A DNA stretch of 64,000 nt. Origin: Vulcanimicrobiota bacterium (GTDB taxonomy: Bacteria; Vulcanimicrobiota; Vulcanimicrobiia; Vulcanimicrobiales; Vulcanimicrobiaceae). Positions 58,990-64,000 of the stretch are shown piece by piece. The notes under the pieces are model-generated. The model was not told the DNA's origin. It worked only from the letters and a program-made list of their open reading frames with translations, and did no database searches. Location: assembly GCA_963695225.1 (NCBI GenBank), contig OY968762.1, forward strand, positions 2,240,001-2,304,000. Direction: 5' to 3'. A program made the position numbers and the translations under genes. Each line of letters opens with the position of its first letter. The first letter of the stretch is position 1.

Positions 58990-59582
58990 GCAGTGCTCCG
59001 GTGGCTCCGAATCCGGCGGATCTTGTCGGCGACGCGTGCGTGCGCTCTGGTGCGGCCGTCGAGCAAGCTCAAGGCGCGCTCGTAATGTACGAGGGCCTGC
59101 TCCTCGGCGTGCAGGGCGCCGGCACGATCTCCAGCTTCTTCGCAATAGCGCGAACCCCGCTTGCGGTCCCCGGCAGCCCACCAGTGGTAGGCCAACTCTT
59201 CGACCGTATGCCGCGACGCGCCGGGCGCCGTTTCCAGGACGGACGCGATTGCCCGGTGCAACGGGCGGACGCGGTACGCGACCAACTCGCCGTAGATCGC
59301 TTCGCGCGTCAGCGCGTGCCGGAACGAGAACCTGCCGCGAACGGTGCGGTCGGCTTCGAGCAACTGCAAAGCGCAGGCCCGCCGGAGCGCCCGCTCGATT
59401 GCGGGGATCGTCCGGCCGCTCGCGGCGGCGAGGACGGCGATATCGAAAGACCGCCCGCACGCGGCCGCGCTCCTGAGGAGTTCGCGCTCCTCCGCGCCTA
59501 GCGGCTCGAGCCGCTCGAGCAGCGCCGCGCGAACCTCCGGCGGCATGCTCGCCGTGCCGCCCGGCGGGTTGGATGCGATCAT
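58986..59582 (-). CDS. Truncated paralog of the central (winged-helix/TPR) region of the adjacent LuxR-STAND protein
   Basis: Shares [44 protein letters not shown]; lacks ATPase and HTH; coupled at both ends. Confidence 0.85.
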   Translation of the reverse strand: MIASNPPGGTASMPPEVRAALLERLEPLGAEERELLRSAAACGRSFDIAVLAAASGRTIPAIERALRRACALQLLEADRTVRGRFSFRHALTREAIYGELVAYRVRPLHRAIASVLETAPGASRHTVEELAYHWWAAGDRKRGSRYCEEAGDRAGALHAEEQALVHYERALSLLDGRTRAHARVADKIRRIRSHRSTA

Positions 59583-60037
59583 CGACCCCTCGAAACGGTG
59601 AAGCTCGTTTCGATCCGTTGGAACGTGCACTGAAGTTGGGGCATGACGGCTTCCGGCGCGCTCATCACGAGCATCCACGCGTCGGCCCCGAACGGCGCGG
59701 CGACGATCTTTTGCAGGGCGCTCCGCCCCTCGCCCTTCGTCGCGCTGTAGAGTAAGTAGATCCCGCGGCTCCCCCCGAGCGTGGCCTGCCCTTGCTCGAT
59801 GATGCTCGGGTTCGGGGTCTGCTCGAGCATCTGCGCGCAGGCGTCCGCGATCGCGCCGTGATCGAGCCCCCCGGCTTCGATCTTGATGACCGAGACCCAC
59901 GCACCGAAGCCGTCGCTGCCTGAGAGCGTCCCGCCGGCGTTCGACGTCTTCCACGAATCCGGGAAATAGATGCTGAATTCGCCTTGTTGATCGCCCCGCC
60001 CGGCCCGTGAGCGCGCAAGCGCCCGGTCCTTCGTCAC
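59579..60037 (-). CDS. Hypothetical protein (possible PsbP/DcrB-like fold)
   Basis: GGAGGAG RBS then [12 protein letters not shown]...FQRIETSF pattern. Confidence 0.65.
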   Translation of the reverse strand: MTKDRALARSRAGRGDQQGEFSIYFPDSWKTSNAGGTLSGSDGFGAWVSVIKIEAGGLDHGAIADACAQMLEQTPNPSIIEQGQATLGGSRGIYLLYSATKGEGRSALQKIVAAPFGADAWMLVMSAPEAVMPQLQCTFQRIETSFTVSRGR

Positions 60038-60100
60038 CGTTCTCCTCCGAGGGCCTCTCCCCGGCCCGCCACCCTGCAACGATAGCGGGCGGCACGGCTG

Positions 60101-60124
60101 CCGCGCATGGGGAGAAGCCCTACC
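60101..60124. promoter_or_regulatory. Palindromic operator copy 1 (TGGGG-AGAAG-CCCTA)
   Basis: 20-bp exact match CCGCGCATGGGGAGAAGCCC to 61135-61154; core lies 23 nt from minus-strand -10 TATCGT (60084-60079). Confidence 0.65.
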
Positions 60125-60131
60125 TGCGAGG

Positions 60132-61049
60132 CTAATATCCCATCTGCTTGAGATCGTAACTGCTGACCTCGTGCATGTTCTCCGATGGATGCACGGGGTT
60201 GTGCCCGTCGAAGTGGATGTAGTCGTAAGCGGAGCCCTCGTAGCGGTCTCCGTTGCTCGTGTCCGCCGTCCCCCACGGGTCGGTAGCGTAGACCTTGCCG
60301 CCCTCGAGGTCGGAGATCCAGTAGCTGTTCCCGCGGCGGTAGTCGTCGCCGCGCGCGTCCTGGGCATCCTTGCGGGCCGCGCGGGCCTCGTAATCGCTTT
60401 GATTCTCGTGGATCGCGTCGTAGAGCCCCTGCATCGCTCCCGCCGTCTGCCGCGCAAGTACGCGCAGATTCGCGAGGATGTCGAGCAACAGCGCCCGCTC
60501 CGAACTGAAGCGCGCGACCGGCGCGATATAGCTGCGGATGCTGATCAATTGCGGATCGGCGTGAAAGAAGAATCGCCCCCGGATCGGCACGCCCTTCAGC
60601 TCGTACGAGAGGGTCGCCACGGCACAGGAAGCGTCGCGATTGCAGATCTGCACGTCCGTGACGGCGAGCTCGGGGTGATTCGAGCCAATCTCGCGCAGCT
60701 TCGCGCCGAGCAGCCTGGGCCCGTTGTATCCTCCCCGCGGGTTCCCCGCATAGACGCTTTCGGCCGCGCTCGTCCCCGCGGGGTCGCTGACGGTGATGCG
60801 CAGCGCGCCGCCGGATGCTCCGCTGCGGACGTTCCAGCCCTGGGGTCTGAACAGGACGAACGCCGGATCGTTCGAGACATAGCGCTGGAGCGCCGCAGCG
60901 TGCGAAGGTGCCGGCAGCGCTAGAGTCAGGGCGCACAGCGCGACCGCGCCGGTAACCGAGCGCCGGGTCATGGTGCCTGCCGGGGAGGCGAGCGCAAACG
61001 GCAGGGCCGCGAGCGCATGGACGAACGGCCTCGGCTTGAAGCTTAGCAT
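60132..61049 (-). CDS. Hypothetical secreted protein
   Basis: Signal-peptide-like ...LCALTLALPAPSHA; FVLFRPQGW N-domain; Asp/Tyr-rich C-terminus; start 61049 or 60971. Confidence 0.7.
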   Translation of the reverse strand: MLSFKPRPFVHALAALPFALASPAGTMTRRSVTGAVALCALTLALPAPSHAAALQRYVSNDPAFVLFRPQGWNVRSGASGGALRITVSDPAGTSAAESVYAGNPRGGYNGPRLLGAKLREIGSNHPELAVTDVQICNRDASCAVATLSYELKGVPIRGRFFFHADPQLISIRSYIAPVARFSSERALLLDILANLRVLARQTAGAMQGLYDAIHENQSDYEARAARKDAQDARGDDYRRGNSYWISDLEGGKVYATDPWGTADTSNGDRYEGSAYDYIHFDGHNPVHPSENMHEVSSYDLKQMGY

Positions 61050-61081
61050 GCTGTTCCCTCGTGAGTCCCGCGTCGAAGTAA

Positions 61082-63226
<2,145 letters not shown>

Positions 63227-63232
63227 GGCACG

Positions 63233-64000
63233 GTGACGCGGCCGCCGCGCTCGCCCGGCCTCCCCGCGCTCGCGCTCGCACTCATCCTCGTCTCGCTCTC
63301 GCTCGGCTTCGCTACGGCCGCCGGCGCGGCCGAGGCGACGACCGGTCTGATCGCGGGCACCGTCGCGACTGCGAGCGGAGTGCCGATTGCCGGCGCCACG
63401 GTCTCGGCGGCCGCGCCGTCGGGACGCTATTCAGCCGTCACGGACGTGCGCGGCCGCTTTGCGATCCTCGGCGTCGTCCCGGACACCTACGTGGTGTCGG
63501 CCGAGGCGCCGGGCTTCGAGCCGGTTTCCCAGAGCGGCGTCACCGTGCTCTCCGGGCAGGAACACCGCACGTCTTTTCAGCTGCAGAAGGGCCTGCGCAC
63601 GATCGGCGCCGTCCGCACGCGCAGCGCGGCCTTTGAGGTCGGCGCCCCGAGCGACACGTTCCACGTCGACGGCGATGCGGCGCGCGCCGGGTTCCCGACG
63701 ACCTCCTCCGCCGGGCTCGCGAGTTATACGCAGGGCACCGTTCAGGGCGCGATCGCGAATGTGCCGGGCGTCGATCTCGATCCCTTCGCGAACGCGATCT
63801 TGCGCGGCGGCCGCGTCAGCGACACGGTCTTCGATTATGACTCCGTGCCGATTCCGCAGGGACTCATCGCCGAGCCCGGCGGCAACATCGACGGCGCCCA
63901 GCTTCCGACGACCGGGATCGCGTCGACCAACGTCACGCTCGCCGGCTATTCGAACGAGAGCGACAACGCGCTCGGCGGCATCGTGAATCAGATTCCCGCC
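63233..64000 (+). CDS. TonB-dependent receptor-like outer membrane protein (3' truncated by window)
   Basis: Signal peptide, carboxypeptidase-regulatory-like domain (GLIAGTV...PIAGATV...TDVRGRF...PDTYVVS), plug-like VPGV...LRGG...YDSVPI. Confidence 0.8.
   Translation, partial: MTRPPRSPGLPALALALILVSLSLGFATAAGAAEATTGLIAGTVATASGVPIAGATVSAAAPSGRYSAVTDVRGRFAILGVVPDTYVVSAEAPGFEPVSQSGVTVLSGQEHRTSFQLQKGLRTIGAVRTRSAAFEVGAPSDTFHVDGDAARAGFPTTSSAGLASYTQGTVQGAIANVPGVDLDPFANAILRGGRVSDTVFDYDSVPIPQGLIAEPGGNIDGAQLPTTGIASTNVTLAGYSNESDNALGGIVNQIPA

Noticed and set aside
58990..60095. Frameshifted single large gene spanning the three upstream ORFs
   Set aside because: Clean ATGA and TTGA start/stop overlaps indicate separate coupled genes; the short ORF duplicates rather than completes the long one

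Overview
A GC-rich bacterial chromosomal segment. Gene content and repeat style suggest Vulcanimicrobiota/Eremiobacterota; this is an impression, not a database result. Core genes: lon, pheST, infC-rpmI-rplT, gltX, glmU, prs-rplY-pth, uvrB, uvrA, ligA, thyX and tRNA-Cys. Accessory modules: the end of an ATP-grasp/alpha-E/transglutaminase operon; homospermidine synthase; a low-oxygen/stress cluster (USP, ba3-type oxidase with an unannotated subunit IIa, CusF-SCO, BON, divergent acetate kinase, sensor-less histidine kinase plus response regulator); an isobutyryl-CoA-mutase-like MeaB/B12 module; a divergent oxalate-CoA-ligase-like/PanE-like pair; and a STAND-LuxR regulator with a truncated paralog and a candidate palindromic operator. 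I found no CRISPR array, prophage or transposase. The most striking feature is at 46338-46598: a sigma70-like promoter, a 27-codon ORF with 7 Cys codons, mutually exclusive antiterminator and terminator hairpins, and then a lone tRNA-Cys(GCA) gene. This looks like ribosome-mediated attenuation in which a tRNA gene is controlled by the supply of its own charged tRNA. Other regulatory signals are a CIRCE-like operator before hsp20-lon, an L20-leader-like attenuator and AUA start for infC, and a YqzL-like, Phe-containing small ORF plus hairpin before pheST. Start codons were refined by eye from RBS and overlap evidence.
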